A stretch of 64,000 bases of DNA, the filler included, from Octopus bimaculoides (lineage: Eukaryota), in assembly GCF_001194135.2 (NCBI RefSeq). It is 5 parts of 4 records of this genome, joined end to end, with 100 filler letters (N's around TTAATTAATTAA, not from the genome) between each part and the next. Parts side by side here need not be neighbours in the genome. Positions count along the whole stretch, not along the records: positions 1 to 29,251 come from NC_069000.1; positions 29,352 to 56,738 come from NC_068987.1; 3 more parts are not named here. The stretch is one strand, 5' to 3'. The position numbers were made by a program, and so were the translations under genes. Below, piece after piece: positions 27,141 through 39,444 of this stretch. Position 1 is the stretch's first letter. Every line of letters begins with the position of its first letter. The notes under the pieces were generated by a model. That model ran no database searches. It was not told where the DNA came from and worked only from the letters and a program-made list of their open reading frames with translations.

Positions 27141-27419
27141 ACTCCATCGGATGCTTAGAATCCAACCAGGTAATACGCATACATCCACTGATGAATCGGT
27201 AAAATAGTTAGAGCATCGAACAAAATGTATAGTAGAGTTCAATACTCGTGAAGGCTGATTATCTGTCATTCTTCAGGGATCGATAAAATATACCAGTCAA
27301 GTTCGGGTAGGAAGGTGGGGATGGTATCTTTTCTGCTCACGACTACATGGACACTTAAAAATCTTAGCGAAAGGCATGGTCTATGTTTGTATGTATGTAT
27401 GTATGGATGGATGGATGGA

Positions 27420-27468
<49 letters not shown>

Positions 27469-27929
27469 GTATATGTATATATGGCAGACTAGCTGGTTGG
27501 CTGGGTGTATGGATGGACGGATGGATGATAAAATAGTGTTCTTTTATATTTTTACTTAAGTCATTGGAGTGTGACCGCCTTAGAGAAGAAATGATTGATA
27601 AATATATAAACATAGAAAACAGTATAAATAAAGATATCAATTAGGCGCATGCCGTTGGAAATAGAATATAACGATAGAAATTGTGACAGAAAGAAGAAAA
27701 AGTATCAAAACAGATACACCGAAGGTATGAGACGAAATAAAGAACAAGAGAGAAACATAGGATAGAAGAAAAAACGAGAGAAATTAGTGTGTCTGTAATA
27801 AATGTATAAATATATAAAAGTACACACGCCCCTCCCCCGCGCGCACGCATATATACAGACAGATAGACAGGCAGACAGGCAGACAGACATGCGCACACAC
27901 ATATATTACGCAAGAAATCGGAAGAGAAA

Positions 27930-28860
27930 GAAGAGTAGAGAGAAAGAAAGGAAACAATATATAAGGAGAATATAGAAAAAGACGCGAAGCAGGGTGAGAA
28001 GACAGAAGATAAGAGAAAGATAGGCGAAACTGAGAAACAAGGTCAAGAAGTAGTTGGAGAAGTCGACATTTTGTAGAGTGAAATATGGAAGAAGAAGACA
28101 AAAAAAGAAGCTCTCTTCGAACAGAAATAACGAAGAAGAGTAAAGTGTATAAGTTGTGTGTTTGATAGGAGAATGTAAAGATGGATGGGAGGCGAAGGTA
28201 GTTAGTGGTGGAAAGAGACGAGAAGAAAGGAGGAAGAGACAAAACGAGGTAATAGAAAGATTGGAGGATTATAGGTAGGAATGAATGGAAGGGGAAGGGA
28301 GATAGTGTGTGAAAGGATAGGGAGACAGAGAGAGCAGAAGAAGAAAGGAACAGGCATGGAGAAATAAAGGAGTGGGATTAGTATATAATGTAAAGGAGGA
28401 GGTAGTTGGGATGAAGGTTGCTCCAAAGATATACGAGGAAGAAGAGGACGGAGACTGAATAGATGGGGCAGTGGATGAAAGAGGTAGAGTGCTGTAAAGA
28501 GGAGGAGGCGGATGGAGGAATGGCGAGTGAAAATGCAGAGGTGTTACTGCTGTATGTGGTGATGGGAGTGAAAAGAAAAAAGTCAGTAGAAAGACTACAA
28601 GTGAAGAGAGAGGAAGGGGGTTGGAATAGAGGGAGCATCAGTTAGAGAGACAGCAATGCAGGAGGAGGAGACAATTCAAATTAAAGAAAGGAGTTAAGGA
28701 GGAAGGGTAAGTTAATGGTAGGAGGAGGAGGAGGAGGAGGAGGTCGAAGAGAGAGGGAGGAACGAGTGAGATGAAATAGAATAAAATAAGGAAAGGGTGG
28801 CGTATAAAGTAGGAGGAAATAACAGGAAGAGGATGATAGAGGGAATAAAGGTGTTCATTA
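27930..28860. repeat. Polypurine (GA-rich) low-complexity tract of about 0.9 kb
   Basis: The + strand is overwhelmingly A/G and includes (GAG)n. Confidence 0.85.
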
Positions 28861-29194
28861 GCGAGTGAGTTTAACTTGGTTTCGATTCCCATTTAAAGCC
28901 AATGAATGCATTTTATTTCATTCGGTTTTGTTTAATTTTTGGGGAAAAATATGAACGTCAAAAGATTTCATGTTTCTCTCCGAACAATTCACCAACATCT
29001 ACTAAATTCATTGCTTTGTCACTGAAGCAAATGAACAGATACTACGTTGATTATTTGAACTTTTTTGAAGGCGAATATACACACCACTGGTCATATCGAC
29101 ATTCCTGGAACTCAATTCACATTTCACGTTCCGCCACTGAGGATGTTACCGCCAAGTCGTTCAAAACGCATACATTCAAACACACAAACATACA

Positions 29195-29251
<57 letters not shown>

Positions 29252-29351
29252 NNNNNNNNNNNNNNNNNNNNNNNNNNNNNNNNNNNNNNNNNNNNTTAAT
29301 TAATTAANNNNNNNNNNNNNNNNNNNNNNNNNNNNNNNNNNNNNNNNNNNN
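29252..29351. other. Synthetic 100-bp scaffold spacer N44-TTAATTAATTAA-N44 (also 56739-56838, 59669-59768, 62582-62681)
   Basis: Identical 44+12+44 layout at all four sites. The 12-mer has stop codons in all six frames. Confidence 0.95.
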
Positions 29352-29831
29352 ATTTACTGAAAATCAAAAGGACAAAGACAGATGTTTAAACAACAAGCAG
29401 GTGTATTAGTTTGACGCTCGGGGAACTGTGAAAGTCTTTTACGCTTCGAGTCTACGCTCTTCAGTGAGAACGAATGCTCAACCCCGCATTTGGTACATGA
29501 ATACTCTGTAAATAGGCTTTATTTGCGGATTAACAGAGATACAAATGATTTCATGATGGAGATTACATGTATCAAGCCACATCTTCAGAATGTCAGTGTT
29601 TCGTGCCTATGTTGAATGAGACTGTATGTGTGTATGTATGTATGTATGTATATGTATGTATATATGTATGCATATATGTATGCATATATCTATGTTTGTG
29701 TGTGTGTATATATATATAAACTAATACAGCTGCTTGTTGTTCATACACCTGTCTTCGTCTTTTTGTTTTTCAGTAAATTTCAACCATATATATATATGTA
29801 TATATATATATATATGCATGTATATGTATGC

Positions 29832-29918
<87 letters not shown>

Positions 29919-30039
29919 GGGTGCGTCAGTTTTTTGTGGTCAATACTATGAATTTAGGAAATGATGTATAGCTCATCAAAGAAAAGATGTATTTGAAAAC
30001 AAATTGGTCCAAATAACCTTGATAATTTTTTTATCACAC

Positions 30040-31092
30040 CTATTGAATAAATCCACTGTTAGCATCAATAGCTGCTTCTGTATTGGACCTGAAGCAGTGA
30101 TATACCTAATCCAGACGATCTTTATCAATTTTGGACATAGTGCTGGTTATCGCGGACTGGAGAGATAGTATAGTGTTATGGGGATTTTCATTGACGTCTC
30201 TCTCAACTACACGCCATAATTTAATAGTCTAGTGGATTATAGTCTGGTGAGTTAGGAGGCTATGCATCAGAGAGAATATGATCATGGCGATCGACATGCA
30301 TCCACGCCTGAGTTGTCAGCCTTATGAAATGGCGCAGGGCTTTGTTGGAAAAAGTCCGGTCTTCCGTTGCGAATTCTGCCTATCCAGGGCCTCAAAACCT
30401 TCTCCGACACCTCTGTCTAGACAGCGGTATTGACTCTTAGGTCTTGTCAAAAGAAGTGAGGAAGGATGACATCTCCGTTGCTGACGAATCACGGAACCAT
30501 CAGAGTTGCTGGGAAATTAATATGCATGACCATTGGGAACTCATTCGGGTCTCTACATAACCATCTGTCTTTCCTTCGCTTTATCTTTTAAACCCGATCG
30601 AAATTTTTCTCATTGCACAAAAACCTAAGCGTTCCAACCTCTTGGTGTTTTAATTTGTTTAGCAGATGCATTGTGCGGATCGAATGATTCTCTCTTGTTA
30701 CAACTGACTTGCACCGGATTTCACTATGCACAACTCTTCTGATAGTGTATTCTGAAACGTTGAGGTCCTTTGCGATAGCTCTGATTGACTTTCCGGTGTT
30801 TTTATCGATTATTCCTTGAACTCTTGGACTTTTTGTACAAAGTTATATTTTCTAATGGTATTAGGATCTTGGGCATGCGTTTTACGTTTTGCGGTTTGCA
30901 TTTTGCGTTTTGCGCTTTGAGTTTAGCTGGTGATGTCGGATCTTTCAAACTTTCCACAAACGATTTCAACGTACCTTTTCATTTGCTGAGTTAGCCTGAT
31001 GTCTGACAATAATTTATCAGAAAATAACGAAACCAAAAAGTTCGGCGAAAGTTAGAGCCCTTGAAATAGGTGCCCTCCAAAAGCTGACGACA
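30040..31092 (-). mobile_element. Near-full-length decayed DD37D/maT transposon
   Basis: Minus-strand PGKSIRAIAKDLNVSEYTIRRVVH, VSNGDVILPHF and *PPNSPDYNPLDY. The 5' terminus is next to the gap at 31112. Confidence 0.85.
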
Positions 31093-33636
31093 TACTCTGT
31101 GCGTGTGTATANNNNNNNNNNNNNNNNNNNNNNNNNNNNNNNNNNNNNNNNNNNNNNNNNNNNNNNNNNNNNNNNNNNNNNNNNNNNNNNNNNNNNNNNN
31201 NNNNNNNNNNNNNNNNNNNNNNNNNNNNNNNNNNNNNNNNNNNNNNNNNNNNNNNNNNNNNNNNNNNNNNNNNNNNNNNNNNNNNNNNNNNNNNNNNNNN
31301 NNNNNNNNNNNNNNNNNNNNNNNNNNNNNNNNNNNNNNNNNNNNNNNNNNNNNNNNNNNNNNNNNNNNNNNNNNNNNNNNNNNNNNNNNNNNNNNNNNNN
31401 NNNNNNNNNNNNNNNNNNNNNNNNNNNNNNNNNNNNNNNNNNNNNNNNNNNNNNATATACAAGTCTGTCGAATTGAAATTTGAGAAAACAGGTGATGATA
31501 AGAGCAGTTCATAGAAATGTTTAATAAGTTTTAATGTCATAAAAAGGGGAGAATATAACACTTCGGGTTCTTCTTTATCTAAGTGTGTGTAAGAGAAGGG
31601 CAAAAACGTTCCAAAATATATGAAAGTACTAAATTACCTAAGTATAATTTTCGGCTGTCAAACAGCTTCGAAAATTCAATGACCGTGACAAGAACACACA
31701 CACAAACACACACCTGTGTGTGTAAGCGCGCACATCTTTGTTTGTATGTATGTATGTATGTATGTATGTATGTATGTATGTATGTATCTATGTGTGCATA
31801 TGTGTGGGTATACGTATATTTGTTTATATGTATATATATGTAAGTGAACGTACTTGTTTGAAAGTGTATGTATGTGTATTTACCTATATGTATTACGTGC
31901 GTACATATGTATGCATACATGCGTGTTAAAAGTCTCTACCCCTTATTAATATAGTAATCAATCAAATAAATGCGCGATATGTCTCGAAGCCACAGGATAT
32001 TTAACATAGTTTTGCTTAATATTTGAAACGTTAGCATATTTTTGATCAATCATGATAAAATACCACTAAATCTAAAGCTTGTATCTTATTACGTTTAATT
32101 CATCGTAAAATTCTCATCATCAGCTCAGTTGACAATAATGGAGCATAAATTGTAAGAGAAAAAATATAGGCACGTGCGGAGCATTATTAATCTATATCCC
32201 TGTTTTCATAACACACACACACACACACACACACANNNNNNNNNNNNNNNNNNNNNNNNNNNNNNNNNNNNNNNNNNNNNNNNNNNNNNNNNNNNNNNNN
32301 NNNNNNNNNNNNNNNNNNNNNNNNNNNNNNNNNNNNNNNNNNNNNNNNNNNNNNNNNNNNNNNNNNNNNNNNNNNNNNNNNNNNNNNNNNNNNNNNNNNN
32401 NNNNNNNNNNNNNNNNNNNNNNNNNNNNNNNNNNNNNNNNNNNNNNNNNNNNNNNNNNNNNNNNNNNNNNNNNNNNNNNNNNNNNNNNNNNNNNNNNNNN
32501 NNNNNNNNNNNNNNNNNNNNNNNNNNNNNNNNNNNNNNNNNNNNNNNNNNNNNNNNNNNNNNNNNNNNNNNNNNNNNNNNNNNNNNNNNNNNNNNNNNNN
32601 NNNNNNNNNNNNNNNNNNNNNNNNNNNNNNNNNNNNNNNNNNNNNNNNNNNNNNNNNNNNNNNNNNNNNNNNNNNNNNNNNNNNNNNNNNNNNNNNNNNN
32701 NNNNNNNNNNNNNNNNNNNNNNNNNNNNNNNNNNNNNNNNNNNNNNNNNNNNNNNNNNNNNNNNNNNNNNNNNNNNNNNNNNNNNNNNNNNNNNNNNNNN
32801 NNNNNNNNNNNNNNNNNNNNNNNNNNNNNNNNNNNNNNNNNNNNNNNNNNNNNNNNNNNNNNNNNNNNNNNNNNNNNNNNNNNNNNNNNNNNNNNNNNNN
32901 NNNNNNNNNNNNNNNNNNNNNNNNNNNNNNNNNNNNNNNNNNNNNNNNNNNNNNNNNNNNNNNNNNNNNNNNNNNNNNNNNNNNNNNNNNNNNNNNNNNN
33001 NNNNNNNNNNNNNNNNNNNNNNNNNNNNNNNNNNNNNNNNNNNNNNNNNNNNNNNNNNNNNNNNNNNNNNNNNNNNNNNNNNNNNNNNNNNNNNNNNNNN
33101 NNNNNNNNNNNNNNNTATATATATACATACATATACATGTAAATATGTATGTACTTGTTTCTTTATGCATGTGTGTATATCATATTTATGGTCTACTTTA
33201 AATATACAATATAGGGTTATTTCAAGAGCAGTGTTCCGCAAACAGAGGGTACATTGACACCCCAGGGGTCCTCGATTTTTATGTAAAAGAATAATAATAA
33301 AGATCCGTGAAATGAAAATGGAAATTGATTTCACTTTTGTACACGCACACATACACACAGACGCTCACACACACACGCATATATTAAATATATATATTTA
33401 TGTATATATATATATAATATTTATCTATCTACACAAACACACACATCTATATAAATATATATATATGTATCCGTTAATATATATTCACACATTGTACACG
33501 TACATACTTTATGGAGAAATGCATTACCAAATTCATAACTAAACTGATAGAGTTAGGGAGATGGTGAGAGGTTAAGGTGATGCCTAAACGGAAAAGTTTA
33601 TACATACCTTACATACATACATCCGCTTGTGTGTGC

Positions 33637-33675
<39 letters not shown>

Positions 33676-34329
33676 CAACTGTCAACTAAAAGTAATATCT
33701 TTATAGGAAATATATTTGGGAAAGTGATATACTGTGGTTATTAGTCAGTAAAGCAGTGATGCGTGCTAGTAAAATTATTGTGCAAAATTGTTTACAGAGC
33801 AAATAACAGCGAAATATTAGGCATCAGTTGTTACCGAGTGCTATGTTTACTGTGTTATGAGCAATTAAGTGTTTCCTGAGTCGCAGTTATGTGTGTTAAG
33901 TTATGTTCCTGCTAAGTTCATTGAATTTGGCAAGCTGTTTAAAAGCCGTAGAAACATCTAGAAGGAACTTTAAACTTTGTCATACTTTACGTCTATGTCG
34001 CCTAATTCGCACACGACACCATTTTGCTTTTCGTCTCCCTTTGACTGTAACTGCTAACTTCCCTGTTACTTTAAATCATTTTCTGTTTTGCTCGGACCCT
34101 ACTCAAACGTAAACGTACAGAATCACGTGAGCCTAACGAGTGGAGGAGACGAGCCTTTATTACGATGTCGCTTTACCTTCTAAACATCGAAAGATATGAT
34201 TATAAATATCCTAACCCGCCTTCCAATATTAAGAATAGATCCTATATACCATCAGGTTAAAATTATATTTTTTTTAATATCCAAGTTATTTTATCCCAGA
34301 TATTTCCTAAGCCTGAGAAATAAGCATTT

Positions 34330-34580
34330 CCTAGTTGACCAACTGCATCAGAAAACTTAAGGTTTAACAAAAACTATCTAAAGGTGAACTACAGCTGTAT
34401 CCACAACATGAAAAACATTATAACACGGAAGTCAACAAAGTTAACAGAAGCTAGGTCCTTCTGTAGAAACACCAGTGCATGCATACGTGACCCGTTATGC
34501 ACAATACAGAAGTGATAGTATATGAAGCAGAAGTCAGCTCCACTAAACGGTAGCAGACAATAAAGACTACACCTATGTGA
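34330..34580 (+). mobile_element. Penelope-like linker/GIY-YIG start fragment
   Basis: HNMKNII...CRN...PL and, in a shifted frame, VIVYEAEVS resemble the PLE linker and the start of the endonuclease. Confidence 0.5.
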
Positions 34581-34667
34581 CAAAATTAAATAAAGGTTTA
34601 ATCAGTATTACTTCAACAATACATCACTTTTTAGACAAAGAGACAAGAAAATATATCGTTCAGTTAC

Positions 34668-35080
34668 AACTATAATAATAAAAGCGAAATTCTGTCTGTC
34701 CATCTGGGACCCCTGAATCGTAGTCTATGTTTGCTATACATAGACATATTATACATTTTAAGAATCAGTGTGATCTCAGAGTCGAAAATCAACCCTTCAT
34801 TTGGTTCTTGAACATCCAGCATTGAAATATGATTTAAAAGCATTTGGATTGCAATTTCAAGCTGGTAATGCTTAAATGATACACGCCATTTGGGTTAGCG
34901 TTTTTCAAATCAAGGATTCGTTTCGTTAATTTTACCTCGAGATAAGAACTTTTGGACAAATTGGCCAACAGTTGGAATTCAACTTAGGACTAGAACAATA
35001 GAATGATTGTGTTGCTGAATGAATTCTCATCCATCATTAACCCCTGATCAAACACCACCGGGGCATACAGTCATTACAGA
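34668..35080 (+). mobile_element. Possible non-autonomous Helitron-type element
   Basis: Starts ctataataataaaagcgaaattctgtctgtc, a Helitron-like 5' end. The 3' end is weak (caccgggcatac). Confidence 0.3.
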
Positions 35081-35159
35081 CATATTATAGTCATGCTATT
35101 GAAATTTTAAAAGTATTCCAAGCGATCTTTTAGTTTATACATTGGCCATACCAATCAAT

Positions 35160-35191
<32 letters not shown>

Positions 35192-35300
35192 ACTCGCGTG
35201 CGCGCACACGCAAACGCGAGCACGTATCTTTTAATTGTTCCAGTCATTAGACTGGGACCATGCTGCAGCACTGCCTTGAAGGATTTAGTCAAACAAATCT

Positions 35301-35490
35301 ATATTGGATTTATAAGCCCTAAAACTCACTCCATAATTGCCAATGGGCATATGGTGTAGTGGTTAAGAGCACGGGCTACTAACCCCAAGATTCCGAGACA
35401 CCTGATGAAGGCTGCAGGTTATATCAGCCGAAACGTTGTGTTAACAACAAACAAGACGCGGAAAAATACCCGTCAAATGTAAATAATGTA
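35301..35490 (+). mobile_element. Second, internally deleted copy of the tRNA-head/hammerhead PLE tail
   Basis: Matches about 10015-10108 fused directly to 10197-10290. The hammerhead is intact at 35397-35442. Confidence 0.85.
35397..35442 (+). ncRNA. Minimal type I hammerhead ribozyme (copy 2)
   Basis: Identical to 10197-10242 except for one change in the stem II loop (cagggtatat versus caggttatat). Confidence 0.75.
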
Positions 35491-35555
35491 TATATATATA
35501 TATATACATATTATTTACTTTTGACGGATATATATACATGTATGTATGTATGTAT

Positions 35556-36211
35556 AACAAGCAAAGTAGCTAGTTATGAAATCTCAAGACGTGATAGAGT
35601 AGTAACATGTACTGAACAGTAGAGCGAGTTGCCACATCAAAGTGGCTAGTGAATGTTACTACTAGTTTAATCAAAGGCAGATTATCCGCCAGCTGATTTT
35701 CAGTGTCTTTATATACAATACACCACTAGCAGGGGGTGCGAACCCCTACTAATACTCCATCAGATGGCAGAGAATCTGCCTGGGGTTAAACCACTAGTAA
35801 CATTCACCTGCTACTTTGATGTGATAACTCGCTCTACTGTTCAGTACACGTTACTACTCTTTCTCGTCTTGAGATTTTATAACTAGCTACTTTGCTTGTT
35901 GCAAATCAGTGACCGATGGTCACTTTGTTTATAATATATTGCTAGCAGAAGCGGATCTCTGCTATCACTCTTTTGCGCAGGTGCGCTTGGCTAACGAAGA
36001 GCCAACTAACTCGAAACTGGGCCAGTCCCACGTTGCTGTTAGCTAACAGAGTGTTATTAGGGATACGCTCCCCCTGCTAACGATGTATTGTATTTAATGG
36101 ATGCAGAACGATGCATCGAAAACCAGCTGGCGGCGAATCTGCCTGGGGTTAAACCACTAGTAACATTCACCTGCTACTTTGATGTGATAACTCGCTCTAC
36201 TGTTCAGTACA
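35556..36211. mobile_element. Foldback/MITE-like element with long inverted arms
   Basis: Arm 35556-35760 is the reverse complement of 35761-35900 (terminal part) and of 36050-36211 (runs into a gap). Confidence 0.8.
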
Positions 36212-37051
36212 NNNNNNNNNNNNNNNNNNNNNNNNNNNNNNNNNNNNNNNNNNNNNNNNNNNNNNNNNNNNNNNNNNNNNNNNNNNNNNNNNNNNNNNNN
36301 NNNNNNNNNNNNNNNNNNNNNNNNNNNNNNNNNNNNNNNNNNNNNNNNNNNNNNNNNNNNNNNNNNNNNNNNNNNNNNNNNNNNNNNNNNNNNNNNNNNN
36401 NNNNNNNNNNNNNNNNNNNNNNNNNNNNNNNNNNNNNNNNNNNNNNNNNNNNNNNNNNNNNNNNNNNNNNNNNNNNNNNNNNNNNNNNNNNNNNNNNNNN
36501 NNNNNNNNNNNNNNNNNNNNNNNNNNNNNNNNNNNNNNNNNNNNNNNNNNNNNNNNNNNNNNNNNNNNNNNNNNNNNNNNNNNNNNNNNNNNNNNNNNNN
36601 NNNNNNNNNNNNNNNNNNNNNNNNNNNNNNNNNNNNNNNNNNNNNNNNNNNNNNNNNNNNNNNNNNNNNNNNNNNNNNNNNNNNNNNNNNNNNNNNNNNN
36701 NNNNNNNNNNNNNNNNNNNNNNNNNNNNNNNNNNNNNNNNNNNNNNNNNNNNNNNNNNNNNNNNNNNNNNNNNNNNNNNNNNNNNNNNNNNNNNNNNNNN
36801 NNNNNNNNNNNNNNNNNNNNNNNNNNNNNNNNNNNNNNNNNNNNNNNNNNNNNNNNNNNNNNNNNNNNNNNNNNNNNNNNNNNNNNNNNNNNNNNNNNNN
36901 NNNNNNNNNNNNNNNNNNNNNNNNNNNNNNNNNNNNNNNNNNNNNNNNNNNNNNNNNNNNNNNNNNNNNNNNNNNNNNNNNNNNNNNNNNNNNNNNNNNN
37001 NNNNNNNNNNNNNNNNNNNNNNNNNNNNNNNNNNNNNNNNNNNNNNNNNNN

Positions 37052-37113
<62 letters not shown>

Positions 37114-37114
37114 A

Positions 37115-37152
<38 letters not shown>

Positions 37153-38072
37153 CGTGTGTAGGTAGAAAGGAAGCGATAGACAAACGAAGATAATGCAGTG
37201 TATGGATACAAAAACAAAAGATTAAGAAAAGAAAGGTTCTTTCTGAAAAGACAGTGAAGAGTATAAATACAATTTCTAAAAAAAGATATCATTAAATATT
37301 ACATACATTGAAAAGAAAATATATATGTTTTGGCGAATGAAGAGAAAAAGCGATACAGGACAAACATAAAAATAAAAAAAGAAATCTATTGAAAAAACAA
37401 ATGCAGAAATATTCATTAAAAATTAAATCTCCAGCAAAGAAAGACAGTAAGACGTCACAGGAGTAATAGGAAAAGATGTACAGAAATGAATTTTGAGGTA
37501 AAAATCTGTGTCTGTGTTTATGGTGATGGGAGGACTAGCGTCTGTCTTTTTCTCTCATTGGGATGAGAAAATCAAAGCGAATTCTTGAGCTGAAGAACAT
37601 AAACAGTTGGTTCGTTAAAAGACATGTTCTAATATGTTTATTTCTCGCTTCTTTTGCTTAATGAAAATTCGGATCGAGTATCACATATTTTTTCCCATGT
37701 GACAGTGCAACCGGAAGTCATCAAGTTCAAGAATCATGGTTAACAAGCGTTATCTCACACTGCCGTATAGACACTACATATAAGTTACATATTTGTGCTT
37801 ATGTGCATGGACGAATACAAATACACACACACACACACATACATGCGCGTGCGCGCACGCACAGTAATATATACACCATTATGAATATAATTGTATATAA
37901 ATAAATGTCTCCTTCGAAAACGCACACAAATGTGCATACACACACACACGCACTCACACTACACAGCGTATAATTGCAGATATATACAATGGCATATGCG
38001 AGAGTGTATCTCTCTCTGTCTTTGTATACATGCTTCCATCTGTACGAATCTATATATGTATACATGTGCACA

Positions 38073-38103
<31 letters not shown>

Positions 38104-38104
38104 G

Positions 38105-38139
<35 letters not shown>

Positions 38140-38233
38140 TCACGCACGCACACACACACACACACACACACATACACACACACATATACATATATATACT
38201 TTTATTAAAGCTGAAAAAAAAAAAAATCATCAG

Positions 38234-38430
38234 GAACTGTTAATCAGTGTTTCACGTTACCGTTCGTCGGACAGTTGTGATCATGTTGTGAGTATGATCA
38301 CAACTGTCCAACGAACGAACGGTAGCGTGAAACTCTGAGTAACAGTTCGTGAAGACTTTGTTAGCTTTAATAAAAGCATATTACTTCGGTATTCGAGTAC
38401 TATTTTTTCACCTTGTTTTAGATTTATGTG
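38234..38430 (+). mobile_element. Palindromic PLE-type repeat with a stem of about 50 bp
   Basis: Arms 38234-38284 and 38294-38348 pair around a 9-nt loop, followed by an AT-rich tail. Confidence 0.6.
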
Positions 38431-38494
38431 CTTAGTTGTGTGTATAGGTATGTATGTAACTCTCTCTCTCTCTCCTTTTATCTCTCTCTTTCAA

Positions 38495-38529
<35 letters not shown>

Positions 38530-38533
38530 CCCA

Positions 38534-38807
38534 CGTTTCGAAGGTAACGACAAACTTTACCTTCGAAACGCGGAGTAGATGAAACAGGGACAACTGAAGA
38601 AGGGGTATATTCTTTATGTTGCATGTCTCGTTTCTCTGTTTGTTTTTTCGTTGTTCGAAAAAAAGTTCGTTTTCTATGTTTTCGTTTCTCATTGTGTTTA
38701 ACGTTTTTTTTGTTGTCCTGTACCCATATATGCATGTATATATACATATATATGTAGGTATGTACACATATGTATGTATGTATATATGCATATATTTATA
38801 TATTATT

Positions 38808-38815
<8 letters not shown>
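38534..38815 (+). mobile_element. PLE-type tail with a 14-bp hairpin and CTGAAGA; related copy at 54640-54955
   Basis: ccttcgaaacgcgga...gatg.aaca.ggacaactga.gaaggg...tctttatgt.gcatgtctcgtt is shared by both loci. Confidence 0.7.
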
Positions 38816-38854
<39 letters not shown>

Positions 38855-38943
38855 NNNNNNNNNNNNNNNNNNNNNNNNNNNNNNNNNNNNNNNNNNNNNN
38901 NNNNNNNNNNNNNNNNNNNNNNNNNNNNNNNNNNNNNNNNNNN

Positions 38944-38979
<36 letters not shown>

Positions 38980-39444
38980 CTGTTAGTAAAACATAATCTT
39001 TGTAACAAACTCAGACACCCAGAATACTTGACGAAAGGGGGTTAGCTAAATATATCGATCTCAGTACTTGAACTGTACTCCATTTTATCAAAACCAAAGG
39101 AGAGAGGTTAAAGGCAAAGATGAACTTGGTAGGTTTTGAACTCAAGACACAAAGAGCCGAAAAAAAATACCGTAAAACACCTTGTTTGACGTTCTAAAGA
39201 TTCTGCTAGGCTACCAATATAAATAGTAATGGTTTCTGCTATATGCACAGGCCTGAAAGTTTGGGGTGGTGGGCAAGTTGACCTCAGTACTCAACTGGTA
39301 CTTATTTCATCGACGTGGAAAGGAAGAAAGACAAAGTCGACATCGTTGGAATTTGAGTTTTGAACCAAAGACAGACAAAATTCTGCTAAACATTTTGTCC
39401 GGCGTGCTAACGATTCTACCAGCTTGCCTCTCCTGAATGGCTAT

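Noticed and set aside
29296-29307. Conserved TTAATTAATTAA regulatory or homeodomain site
   Set aside because: It is always centred in exact N44 flanks, so it is an artificial linker.
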